In this document: positions 17,762 through 26,434 of the stretch, piece after piece
How the letters are laid out: the number at the start of each line of letters is the position of its first letter
Numbering within the stretch: position 1 is the stretch's first letter
From: an uncultured Clostridia bacterium
GTDB lineage: Bacteria > Bacillota > Clostridia > TANB77 > CAG-508
Assembly: GCA_944392675.1 (NCBI GenBank)
Contig: CALXXK010000002.1
Location: 1 to 35,765, forward strand
Length of the DNA stretch: 35,765 nt
Reading direction: 5' to 3'
Translations under genes and position numbers: made by a program
Notes under the pieces: generated by a model
What the model was told of the DNA's origin: nothing
Seen by the model: the letters and a program-made list of their open reading frames with translations, nothing else
Database searches by the model: none

Positions 17762-18994
17762 CTAATTATTTTTTTCTAGCTGTATTTCTTTTTTATACCT
17801 AAATACAAATGGTATTATTAATAAAATTAATAATAAAAATGTTATGCAAATATTTGATAGGCTTGCTCCTAGCATATTAAACTTCTCAACTAATATTTGA
17901 GGTATAAATAAGGCAAATATTGAAGTTATTATATATCCTATTGTTGATTTTTTTTGTTCTCTCATAGTTGTTAATATATATAAGAATAATACTGTTAATG
18001 CATATAATCCTCCTGATAAAACAAGCAAACACAAATCCAATCTGTATTGATTTAATTCTACTCCATATATAAAACTTAATATTTGTGTACCTATTGTAAA
18101 ACATACTATCTCAACAAATAAAGTCACAAGTATAATTAATACAGAAACTTTTGTTATAATTTTTAACATTTCTTTATATTTTTTTTGATTCCATATATCC
18201 CCTAACACTTTTAGCATAGGTTTTATAATAAAAATACTTGCTAAATTTATTGTAAATGTAGGTAAATATATAATATTATAATATGTCTGCATTTCATATG
18301 TACTTACATTATCAATTGCGTATTTTACTGCATTTGTGATATATAGACTTAAAATTGTTGATAAAAAAACAGGAAAACATTCTTTTAACATTGATATTAT
18401 AATATCTTTTGTAAATACTATTTTATCTTTATTGAAATTTTTGATTAATTTTAAGTCAAATAAAATAAACACTAACATATTAGTTAAAAATAGTACTGTA
18501 CATGATATTAATATATTTTTTGTTATTAAATCAGCTATTAGAAACATTATCATTGCCATTCCATTCCTAATAACTATTGATTTACCGCCTAAATCAAGTC
18601 TACCATGAACTTGAAATTCTCCTTGATATGTTTCACTTAAATTATCTATTACTCTAAATAAAACTAACAATATTGTTACAAGCAATTTTATTGTATCATA
18701 TCCACTTATTATTGTAAATGCTACGGAAATAATTACCATAATTGCAACAACTACTACTCTTAATGCAATGTATTCCCCAAATTTATACTTTCTATCAGTA
18801 TCTGTTACTTGATAAATACGTATTCCATAATCACCTATCGCATTTAGAATAACTGATGTTGCAAATGATATCGAAAACATACCTGCAATATCAGTTCCAT
18901 TAATTCTTGTACAAAATAGTAATAATACTGCATTTAGCATTGAAGCAACTAGACTACCTATACTATTCCATATAAATTCTGATTTTTTTACCAT
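17762..18994 (-). CDS. Wzx-like polysaccharide or lipid-linked sugar flippase (MOP superfamily-like polytopic membrane protein)
   Basis: The 410-aa protein is hydrophobic throughout, with about 12 predicted TM segments. Its length and its place in a glycan cluster fit Wzx/GacK-type flippases. No catalytic motif was seen, so the call rests on topology and context. Confidence 0.55.
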   Translation of the reverse strand: MVKKSEFIWNSIGSLVASMLNAVLLLFCTRINGTDIAGMFSISFATSVILNAIGDYGIRIYQVTDTDRKYKFGEYIALRVVVVAIMVIISVAFTIISGYDTIKLLVTILLVLFRVIDNLSETYQGEFQVHGRLDLGGKSIVIRNGMAMIMFLIADLITKNILISCTVLFLTNMLVFILFDLKLIKNFNKDKIVFTKDIIISMLKECFPVFLSTILSLYITNAVKYAIDNVSTYEMQTYYNIIYLPTFTINLASIFIIKPMLKVLGDIWNQKKYKEMLKIITKVSVLIILVTLFVEIVCFTIGTQILSFIYGVELNQYRLDLCLLVLSGGLYALTVLFLYILTTMREQKKSTIGYIITSIFALFIPQILVEKFNMLGASLSNICITFLLLILLIIPFVFRYKKEIQLEKNN

Positions 18995-19039
18995 TTTTAA
19001 TCTATTCCTTCCTTAAGTAAAAATCTGTTATTCAAGTTC

Positions 19040-19951
19040 TTATAATTTACCTATTAAGAAAATGAATCTTAACATTATTTCGTCTGTCATCTTTTGTCTA
19101 AACATTTTTGGATAAAATACTTTTTTGATTGCTTTTATAAAACTATATTTCTTATTTGTAAATAAACTTAGCAACTTCCTGTCTTTATCTGATAATTTAT
19201 CTCCAAATAACTCTTCAAATTCAATTAATTCTTCTTTTACTTTAGAAAAATAATCATTTATAAAAAATTTCTTTATTCTCCAAATTTGGAAAGCAATAAA
19301 ACCTTTTCCCCCTGGACTCACGTTTTTTCCTGTTCTTCTGTATTTAAGGGTTGGAACTTTATCATAAATAACTTCTCCCATACCGCTACATATCATATAT
19401 GCTGTCCAATCATGTCCACAACTTTTTTCTATTCCAGAGTTTACCATAATATCTCTTGTTGTTTTATTTATTACAGTATTAATTCCAAGTGTAATACAAT
19501 CTACTATGGCATTTCTAAAAGATGGTCCATTTTTATGTGATTTTGAATGAGCTATAAAATTCATATTTTCATCATAATAGTCATAATCTGCAAAATAAAG
19601 TAATGGTTTATTTTTGTCTTTTTCTTTTAACATGTCAACTGCTCTTTGAATTTTCTCTTCAAACCATTCATCATCTTGGTCACAAAAAGCATAATAATCT
19701 GCATCATCACAAAAAGACAAACATTCAAAAAAACTTTTTATAAACCCTACATTTTTACTTGGATAAAGCTTTATTTTTCCTTGTTTTTCATAGTCTTTTA
19801 ATATATTTACTGTTCCATCTTTTGATCCATCATCTCTTACATAAATTTCAATATTTGGATATGTTTGGTTTAATATACTTTCTATTTGTTGTTTTATATA
19901 TTTTTCTCCATTATATGTAGATAGCACAACTGCTACTTTTGGATTTTCCAT
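19040..19951 (-). CDS. GT2 glycosyltransferase, RgpB/WbbL-type (probable rhamnosyltransferase)
   Basis: VAVVLSTYNGEKYIKQQIESILNQTYPNIEIYVRDDGSKDGT, followed by CDQDDEW, is a GT-A N-terminal fold with a DxD-type motif. It is a paralogue of the genes at 33552 and 34633. Confidence 0.75.
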   Translation of the reverse strand: MENPKVAVVLSTYNGEKYIKQQIESILNQTYPNIEIYVRDDGSKDGTVNILKDYEKQGKIKLYPSKNVGFIKSFFECLSFCDDADYYAFCDQDDEWFEEKIQRAVDMLKEKDKNKPLLYFADYDYYDENMNFIAHSKSHKNGPSFRNAIVDCITLGINTVINKTTRDIMVNSGIEKSCGHDWTAYMICSGMGEVIYDKVPTLKYRRTGKNVSPGGKGFIAFQIWRIKKFFINDYFSKVKEELIEFEELFGDKLSDKDRKLLSLFTNKKYSFIKAIKKVFYPKMFRQKMTDEIMLRFIFLIGKL

Positions 19952-20009
19952 TTTTTAATTCCTTTCTTTTGTCCCAAATGCTAAATGGAACGAAGTATTT
20001 TGGCACATC

Positions 20010-21047
20010 CTAAAACTTAATATCTATTTTTAATTTATCTATCATAAAACGATAAATTTTTATAAACATCATTGGCATTCCTAATTTATACATTTTAGAA
20101 ACTCCCCAAAGTGCAAAGTGTTTAAATCCTTTTTTTATTGAATATCTAAAAGTTAAAAATTTATTTTTTCTCCAACCTCCGAAATTTTCATCTAAATATC
20201 TTATGGTTTCTTTCATTAGATTTTTCATGTCTATACTTTTATCATAAGATGCTCTATACATTACTGAAATTCCTAAATGTAAAAATACTAATAAATCTAA
20301 TACATCTTTCATTTCTTCATATTTATTTACTTTTATGTATAAATCTTTTAATTCTAACAAATACTTTTTAAAATTATCAACATCTTGTTGATTAACACTA
20401 TGTATTTGTGAATCATAACGTAAATAATAATGGTATAATACATCAGGAACAAAAGCTACTTTTTTTATTTTTGTGTAGCTACTTGCTAAAAATATCATAT
20501 CATTAAATCCTCTAAAATTTAAAAATCTTAAGTCTTTTACTTTTTCTCTTTTATATATTTTGTTCCATGGTGCTGGGTTTATTTCCATCATAAAGTCATC
20601 TTTTCCTGTTATTTCTTTTACAGCATATCCATGTGTTGTCATATCTTTACTAACTACTTTACCTGTATTTAAATCAATTCTTTCAAATCCGCATACAGCT
20701 AAGTCTGCCTCATTATCTTTTGCTGTATTATATAACTTTTCTGCCCAATTAGGTTCAACCCAATCGTCAGTATCTACAAATGTTACATATTCTCCTGTTG
20801 CTCTTTCTAATCCATAATTTCTGGTTGTAAATTCTCCACCATTAGGTTTATGAAATGCTTTTACTTTTTCTGGATATTTTTCTGCATATTCATCAACAAT
20901 TTGTGGTGCTGAATCTGTTGATCCATCATCTACACATAAAATTTCGATTTCTTGTAATGTTTGATTTACTAGTGCATCTAAGCATCTAGGTAAGTATTTT
21001 TCTAAATTATATACTGCTACTACAATTGAAACTTTATATTTTTCCAT
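20010..21047 (-). CDS. GT2 glycosyltransferase
   Basis: VSIVVAVYNLEKYLPRCLDALVNQTLQEIEILCVDDGSTD and FVDTDDW (DxD) are present. I chose the start at MEKYKV (ATG at 21047) downstream of GGAAGGAA. The ORF-track start at 21068 lacks an RBS. Confidence 0.8.
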   Translation of the reverse strand: MEKYKVSIVVAVYNLEKYLPRCLDALVNQTLQEIEILCVDDGSTDSAPQIVDEYAEKYPEKVKAFHKPNGGEFTTRNYGLERATGEYVTFVDTDDWVEPNWAEKLYNTAKDNEADLAVCGFERIDLNTGKVVSKDMTTHGYAVKEITGKDDFMMEINPAPWNKIYKREKVKDLRFLNFRGFNDMIFLASSYTKIKKVAFVPDVLYHYYLRYDSQIHSVNQQDVDNFKKYLLELKDLYIKVNKYEEMKDVLDLLVFLHLGISVMYRASYDKSIDMKNLMKETIRYLDENFGGWRKNKFLTFRYSIKKGFKHFALWGVSKMYKLGMPMMFIKIYRFMIDKLKIDIKF

Positions 21048-21111
21048 TTGTATACACATTCCTTCCATAAATTCAGTAATTTATATAATTTTAACACATT
21101 CAATTTTGCAA

Positions 21112-21456
21112 CTATTTTTTACTTTCTCTCTTTTTTTCTTCTAAAGCAATATAGTGATTTAAATCTTTTATTTTTTCATTCAATTGTGATACTCTAATAT
21201 TATCAATAAATAATTGTATCAATAAAAATCCTATAATTACAAGAAATACAAAATTAACAGGAGCCATAAATCCTAACTTATTTGATATCCATTCTACTGC
21301 ATCAGAAAAAATACTCATAAGAATAAGTATAATACTTCCTATCATCCATATTACTGAATTTTCTACTTTTAATTTTGCTTGTTTTATTTTTGTGATACAT
21401 AATAAAAATGCAATTAATGAGCATATTATTAAGATAATTCTTAAAGTTATTGTCAT
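21112..21456 (-). CDS. Small 3-4 TM membrane protein, DUF2304/GacJ-like accessory subunit of the adjacent GT2
   Basis: The 114-aa protein has hydrophobic segments and a charged coiled C-terminal tail (LNEKIKDLNHYIALEEKKRESKK). It lies immediately downstream of a short GtrB-type GT2, which is the usual context for DUF2304 proteins. Confidence 0.55.
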   Translation of the reverse strand: MTITLRIILIICSLIAFLLCITKIKQAKLKVENSVIWMIGSIILILMSIFSDAVEWISNKLGFMAPVNFVFLVIIGFLLIQLFIDNIRVSQLNEKIKDLNHYIALEEKKRESKK

Positions 21457-21523
21457 TTTATTTTCCTTCCTTTCTTATTATAGTTATTATTCTACAAAAT
21501 CTTACACATTTATAATTTGTTGA

Positions 21524-21532
21524 ATTATACCA
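21524..21532 (-). promoter_or_regulatory. Possible extended -10 element (TGGTATAAT) upstream of the DUF2304-like gene
   Basis: On the minus strand there is an exact TGnTATAAT 6 nt after the stop of the GtrB-like gene. I saw no convincing -35, and a chance match in AT-rich DNA is plausible. Confidence 0.25.
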
Positions 21533-21538
21533 TATAAT

Positions 21539-22228
21539 TTATTTATTCTTCCTTGTTATTGCTCTTATAAACAATATTGAGAAAAACATATTAATCATAT
21601 ATTCTGCAGATTTTAAAGGTTTTAAGTAACTTTCTCCAAATTCTCTGTCTTGCATTTCTACTTGTACTTCTTTTATTTTTAATTGTTTTTTTAACATATA
21701 TACTAGTGTATCTGGCTCAGGTGTTAAACTTGCATTTCTTATAAATTCTTTAATTGCTTTTTTGTTATATGCTCTCATTCCTGAAGTAGGATCTTTAATC
21801 TTTTTACCTGTTGTTAGTTTTATTGCGATACTTAATAGTATACTACCTAACATTCTCATGCTTAGTGGCTTCTTTTTAGTTACAAATCTTGAGCCAATTG
21901 CAATATCACAATTACCTTCTTCTATTTCTTTTACTAAACTTGGTAAATATTCTGCTTTATGTTGTCCATCTCCATCAAATTGAATAACAATATCATAATC
22001 ATTTTGATATGCATATTTCATTCCAACTTGTATACCACTAGTTAATCCATAATTGATTGGCAATGATAAAACATTGAAGTTGTTTCTTTCACAAACTTCT
22101 TTTGTTTTATCTTTTGAACAATCATTTATTATTAAATAATCATAATTTGTATTTGTGGTTAAATCTTTTATTGTTTTTTCTATATTTAGTTCTTCGTTAT
22201 ATGCTGGAACTATTATTAATGGTTTCAT
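21539..22228 (-). CDS. GT2 polyprenyl-phosphate glycosyltransferase (GtrB/CsbB/GacI-like, short soluble form)
   Basis: LIIVPAYNEELNIEKTIKDL, INDCSKDKT, IQFDGDGQH (DxD) and AIGSRF are present in a 229-aa protein. A strong AGGAGGAG RBS is present. Confidence 0.8.
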   Translation of the reverse strand: MKPLIIVPAYNEELNIEKTIKDLTTNTNYDYLIINDCSKDKTKEVCERNNFNVLSLPINYGLTSGIQVGMKYAYQNDYDIVIQFDGDGQHKAEYLPSLVKEIEEGNCDIAIGSRFVTKKKPLSMRMLGSILLSIAIKLTTGKKIKDPTSGMRAYNKKAIKEFIRNASLTPEPDTLVYMLKKQLKIKEVQVEMQDREFGESYLKPLKSAEYMINMFFSILFIRAITRKNK

Positions 22229-22254
22229 TTTTATTTAATCTCCTCCTACCTTCA

Positions 22255-24372
22255 TTAATAGCTAAACTCATATATATATTGTTTTTTATCGTCATTTTCA
22301 TATTTCATACTTGCATGAAAATCTTCTTGAACTTCATCTGTTAATTTAGTATCTGTAAAATAATATTTTACATTTAGTTTTTTGAAGTCTTCATATGATA
22401 CTTCTACTTCATAACTATCTTGTGTTAAAAGTCTAAATTCTGTATGGTCACTTAATATAATACCTATATGTGCATAACGATTATACACTTCATCATATTT
22501 TCTTTCTGGATCTAATTTTTCTATCCATTCAAAATTAGGATATGTGTTAACTCCATTTAATACATTAACTCCATTTGCTAATAAATATTGTCCACTCCAA
22601 TTGTATCTTCCTACCCATAATGCTTCTTTATCTTCTTGATATATTTTTTGGATTTCTTTTGCTATACTTGTTTCATACATTATATCTGTTCCTGAAACTA
22701 TTGGATTTATTGCAGCTCCAGCAATTATAGCTACTATACACATGATATAACAAAATGCTTTTTTATTTCCTCTTATTAGTGTATATGTGCTACTAAATAA
22801 CACAACTGCTAATATTTCTAATTTTATTGTTGTAAAAAATGCATTGTATGATGAATTTTTTATTAATATATATGCAATAGCTACTGTAGCAACAGAAATT
22901 ATAATTGATTGTTTTTTATTTAATGTTTTTTCACCTTGGAATTTCTTTAATAGCATTAAAACTAATATAACTCCAAGTAATCCTAAAACTAATTGTGTCC
23001 TTTCTGTTGTTGAAAAATATAAAAATGTAATTCTAGCAAAAAATTCATTAAATCCTATATATATCCATGTAAATAGAAATCCAAATAATAGCATTAATCC
23101 TATTTCTAAAAATTTGTCAGAATTTTTTACTTTTTTGTCATCTTTTTTCTTATTTTTGAAATAATGAATAATAAGTATTGCTAGTCCTATAACAGGAAAC
23201 ATATATGTGCTTATTTCACATGGATTTGCTATTGCTTTTGTATATGGTAAAAATAAGTTTGTGAACATTGATGTAAATTGGTCTATTGTATAATCTCCAC
23301 CAGTTTCAAATCTTGCCCCTGGGTATACTGTTCCCATCATTGTTTGTATATCTGGCCATGCACTAATAATAAAACTTACTAGTATTCCTACTGATAATAT
23401 AAGGGATGCTCCCATTATTATATAATCTTTCTTTTTTAACTCTTTCCAGTGCTTAATTAAGTCATTTATTAAAAATATTATTATAACAAAGGCAAGTGGC
23501 ACTTGATATGCTGGGTATAATGCAAATGCAAATGCTGGAATTGATATTACCATTCCCAAAGCTATTAGTAATTTCTTATATATTTTCCAATTCAAATTTT
23601 CCATATAATAATGGAATAATACAATTATAGCAACTCCCCATATATAAGCATCAACAATTGCTGTACTTAACCACCACATTATTCCTGGTGCAATACCTAA
23701 TAACAGCATTCCTGTAATAGATAATAGATTATCTTTTTTACTTATAATTCTTGCTAATTCAAACGATACTACTAATAATAGTAATATTCTAAGCATCCAC
23801 CACCAAGAAAATCCATTTTCTGTACCAAACAATAAGAATCCCCATGTTAATGGTTTAGAAATAGTAGTTAAATCCCATACAGGCGCACCATTCATTAATA
23901 AATTACTATTTCCTTGCATTATATGTTCATTTCTTATTGTATACCCATCTTCATTTTTAGTTTGTGCTAAAAATAGTGGAGATTGAACTAACCATTCATC
24001 TGCTCTTATTTCTCTTGATACACCTAAAATATTTTTTGATACTTCTGTTTCATTTAAATATCTTCCCCACATATTAATTGAAGATAAATTAATTTTGCAT
24101 AATACACATATTACAAATACAATTGCTACTATTATGTATCTTTTCTTTATTATAAAATCTAAAACTTTTTTTACTTTATCTTGAAATTTATTTAATATTT
24201 TATAAAAAATATACATAAATTCTATAGCATATATAATTGCTATTCTTATCAATGTACTTTTTTCAAATTTAATTCCCGAAAAGAATATTAATTCTAATAA
24301 TATTGGTAACAAAATGAAAATTATTGATATTATTATTTTTTTGTGTTCTGATATTCTTTCTTTTATTTTCAA
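22255..24372 (-). CDS. Large polytopic membrane protein, probable GT-C-fold extracytoplasmic glycosyltransferase (functional analogue of GacL/YfhO)
   Basis: The 705-aa protein has at least 12 hydrophobic segments. It has an acidic motif (REIRADEW) in the first predicted external loop and a ~130-aa soluble C-terminal domain. The start codon is TTG, with AAAGGA 9 nt upstream. Confidence 0.5.
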   Translation of the reverse strand: MKIKERISEHKKIIISIIFILLPILLELIFFSGIKFEKSTLIRIAIIYAIEFMYIFYKILNKFQDKVKKVLDFIIKKRYIIVAIVFVICVLCKINLSSINMWGRYLNETEVSKNILGVSREIRADEWLVQSPLFLAQTKNEDGYTIRNEHIMQGNSNLLMNGAPVWDLTTISKPLTWGFLLFGTENGFSWWWMLRILLLLVVSFELARIISKKDNLLSITGMLLLGIAPGIMWWLSTAIVDAYIWGVAIIVLFHYYMENLNWKIYKKLLIALGMVISIPAFAFALYPAYQVPLAFVIIIFLINDLIKHWKELKKKDYIIMGASLILSVGILVSFIISAWPDIQTMMGTVYPGARFETGGDYTIDQFTSMFTNLFLPYTKAIANPCEISTYMFPVIGLAILIIHYFKNKKKDDKKVKNSDKFLEIGLMLLFGFLFTWIYIGFNEFFARITFLYFSTTERTQLVLGLLGVILVLMLLKKFQGEKTLNKKQSIIISVATVAIAYILIKNSSYNAFFTTIKLEILAVVLFSSTYTLIRGNKKAFCYIMCIVAIIAGAAINPIVSGTDIMYETSIAKEIQKIYQEDKEALWVGRYNWSGQYLLANGVNVLNGVNTYPNFEWIEKLDPERKYDEVYNRYAHIGIILSDHTEFRLLTQDSYEVEVSYEDFKKLNVKYYFTDTKLTDEVQEDFHASMKYENDDKKQYIYEFSY

Positions 24373-24459
24373 TTTTTTTCATCCTTTCTAGCAAATAATA
24401 ATAAATTTAAACTATTTACATTTTCTATATTAACATTTTTAACTTAAAATTATAATCAC

Positions 24460-26124
24460 CTAGGAACACAAATGATAATTTATTTTTGGTACGTCTGTAT
24501 CTAATCTATAATTTCTATTATAATATGGGTCTCCTCTGTTGATTACTTCTGCCCATCTTTTTACAAATAACTCATATTCTTTTGCAAATCTTTGTTGTTT
24601 TTCACTATTTTCTGTATCTTCTCCTCTAGATTTTGATTCATAATGATATCCATATGCGAATGGATTATATACAATTAATAAGCCTTTTTTTCTTACTTTC
24701 AAACAAAAATCTACATCATTAAATGCTACTGCTAATTTTTCATCAAAACCTAGTAATTCTTCATATAATTCTTTTTCTACCATAAAACATGCTGCTGTAA
24801 CTGCACTTAGATTTTGAACGATATTTATATAGTCATCTTCTTTAAAATCTTTTTCTTGTATTTCTCTTGAGCGGTGTCCTGCTAATCCTCTAACTCCAAT
24901 AGTCACACCTGCATGTTGTATACTTTTATCTGGGAAATATAGTTTTATACCGCAAATTCCTACATCTTTTCTTTGTGTATACATTAGCATTTGTTCAATC
25001 CAATCTGGTGTTAAAATTTCTATATCATTATTTAATAATATTACATATTTACCTGTTGCTTTTTCTACTCCAAAATTTACTATTGCTGAATAATTAAAAT
25101 ATTTTATATCAAATTTTTCTACTCTAATTTTTGAGTTTTGTTCTATTATTCTTTGGTAGTATTCAAAAGTTTCTTTTTCTTCACTATTATTTTCTACTAT
25201 TACCACTTCATAATTTTGGTATGTGGATTTTTCTACTGATTGAATTAATTTTTGTAAATCCTCTATATGGTCTTTATTTGGTACAACTAAAGATACTTTA
25301 GGTTCACCTATAATTTCATATTGTATTTTGTAATTTCCTTTGTACATTCCATCTTCTATTGATTTATATGGTATTTCTTTACGTTCTAAATATTGTTTTA
25401 ATATTATTTTTTGTGTTTCAGTATCTATATGCTTGTCTTCTATTAAGTCATGATATAATATCCTTGGAATGTGTATAATTTCTTTAGTTTTTTCACTTAT
25501 TCGTAATAATAAGTCATAATAAATATCTTTATTTAAATTTTCTAATATTTTTGGATATCTTTTTAAAAATTTTGTTTTTATTGCAATCATATTTCCAATA
25601 TAATTTTTAGATAATAATGTGTCAATAGCAAAGTCAGGTTTAAATCTTGGCTCTTGTCTTTTGCCATTAATTTTAAAATCATTATCACTATAATATAATA
25701 TTCCATCATGTCCTTCTATTGTTTTAACTATATCATATAAAGCAAATGATGCTAATTCTATGTCTTTTCCTATAAAAATTGTATAATCACTATTATTGTT
25801 TTCTAAAATATTGCTTGTCCCATTTTTGATTATTGTCCATCTAGAATATGTTTGATTATTTATACTTTGAATAATTTGTTCTTGTTCTTCTTCTAAAACT
25901 ATAGCAAAATCTATATTTTGACATGATTCATATTTTTTTTGTATATTTAGTTGTTTTTCATTTGGTTCATTTACTTCTATCCATTCTGCGTATTCGTCTA
26001 CAACTGCTTTTCCATATCTAATGTAGTTAACAGATGCTTGTATTAATCCTTTTATTCCTTTTTGTTTTGTTCTTTGTATAATTGCTTTTAGTATCTTCTT
26101 TAATTTTGCTAATAAAGATTTCAT
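24460..26124 (-). CDS. Two-domain GT2 glycosyltransferase with a degenerate N-terminal GT-A-like half and a canonical C-terminal GT2
   Basis: The C-terminal half carries VSLVVPNKDHIEDLQKLIQSVEKSTYQNYEVVIVENNS, ILLNNDIE and NDVDFCLK...YHYESKSRG. The N-terminal half carries FAIVLEEE..SINNQTYSRW. RBS is AAGGAAGG. Confidence 0.8.
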   Translation of the reverse strand: MKSLLAKLKKILKAIIQRTKQKGIKGLIQASVNYIRYGKAVVDEYAEWIEVNEPNEKQLNIQKKYESCQNIDFAIVLEEEQEQIIQSINNQTYSRWTIIKNGTSNILENNNSDYTIFIGKDIELASFALYDIVKTIEGHDGILYYSDNDFKINGKRQEPRFKPDFAIDTLLSKNYIGNMIAIKTKFLKRYPKILENLNKDIYYDLLLRISEKTKEIIHIPRILYHDLIEDKHIDTETQKIILKQYLERKEIPYKSIEDGMYKGNYKIQYEIIGEPKVSLVVPNKDHIEDLQKLIQSVEKSTYQNYEVVIVENNSEEKETFEYYQRIIEQNSKIRVEKFDIKYFNYSAIVNFGVEKATGKYVILLNNDIEILTPDWIEQMLMYTQRKDVGICGIKLYFPDKSIQHAGVTIGVRGLAGHRSREIQEKDFKEDDYINIVQNLSAVTAACFMVEKELYEELLGFDEKLAVAFNDVDFCLKVRKKGLLIVYNPFAYGYHYESKSRGEDTENSEKQQRFAKEYELFVKRWAEVINRGDPYYNRNYRLDTDVPKINYHLCS

Positions 26125-26170
26125 TATAACCTTCCTTTTCTCCCTTTTACCTTCAATTAAATTTATACAT

Positions 26171-26419
26171 GTTACAATTTACACCTAAAATTTTTATATC
26201 AACCTAAAGTTATATTATAATATTTTATGAAATTAAATGTGCAAATGGAGGAATATTACAAATTCTTACATTATCAAATAGGAGGATCTCAAATCTTGCT
26301 TTGAGAGGTGCCTGTTTTAGAATGTTAGAATTTGTATATTCCGCAATGCCAGCCATTTAATGAATAAAATATTATAATATAACTTTAGGTTATTTTTGAA
26401 AATAATTGTAAATTGTAAC
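26171..26419. repeat. Nested imperfect palindrome of ~250 bp (MITE/ERIC-like element, long RNA stem-loop or invertible segment) in the largest intergenic gap
   Basis: The perfect 28-bp inverted repeat 26201..26228 (AACCTAAAGTTATATTATAATATTTTAT) is the reverse complement of 26364..26391. An outer perfect 13-bp pair lies at 26171..26183 and 26407..26419. Inner pairs are TTAAATG/CATTTAA, GGAATATTACAAATTCT/AGAATTTGTATATTCC, and the apex hairpin CTCAAA-TCTTGC-TTTGAG, which is centred exactly at 26296. Confidence 0.85.
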
Positions 26420-26434
26420 TATAAATTCTTAAAA

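Noticed and set aside
17886-18104. A 72-aa minus-strand ORF inside the flippase gene.
   Set aside because: It sits in an alternative frame wholly within a longer coherent membrane-protein ORF. It has no RBS, and its composition is typical of an out-of-frame translation.
19952-20009. A weak inverted repeat (TGCCAAAAT...ATTTGGGACA) between two GT2 genes, with partial similarity to the 1642 palindrome.
   Set aside because: Only about 5 contiguous base pairs can form, and the similarity to the GGGGAC motif is imperfect (GGGAC). That is too weak to call a feature.
26227-26304. A 25-codon plus-strand mini-ORF (MKLNVQMEEYYKFLHYQIGGSQILL) inside the palindromic element.
   Set aside because: No Shine-Dalgarno sequence precedes either ATG, it is antisense to the operon, and I recognise no peptide family. 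It is more likely a by-product of the palindrome. It could be revisited if ribosome profiling shows occupancy.
26125-26434. A known riboswitch or T-box leader upstream of the 554-aa GT2 gene.
   Set aside because: I could not match conserved cores of the c-di-GMP-I/II, preQ1, SAM, TPP or T-box classes by eye. The global symmetric palindrome is unlike riboswitch architecture. A covariance-model scan would be the decisive test.
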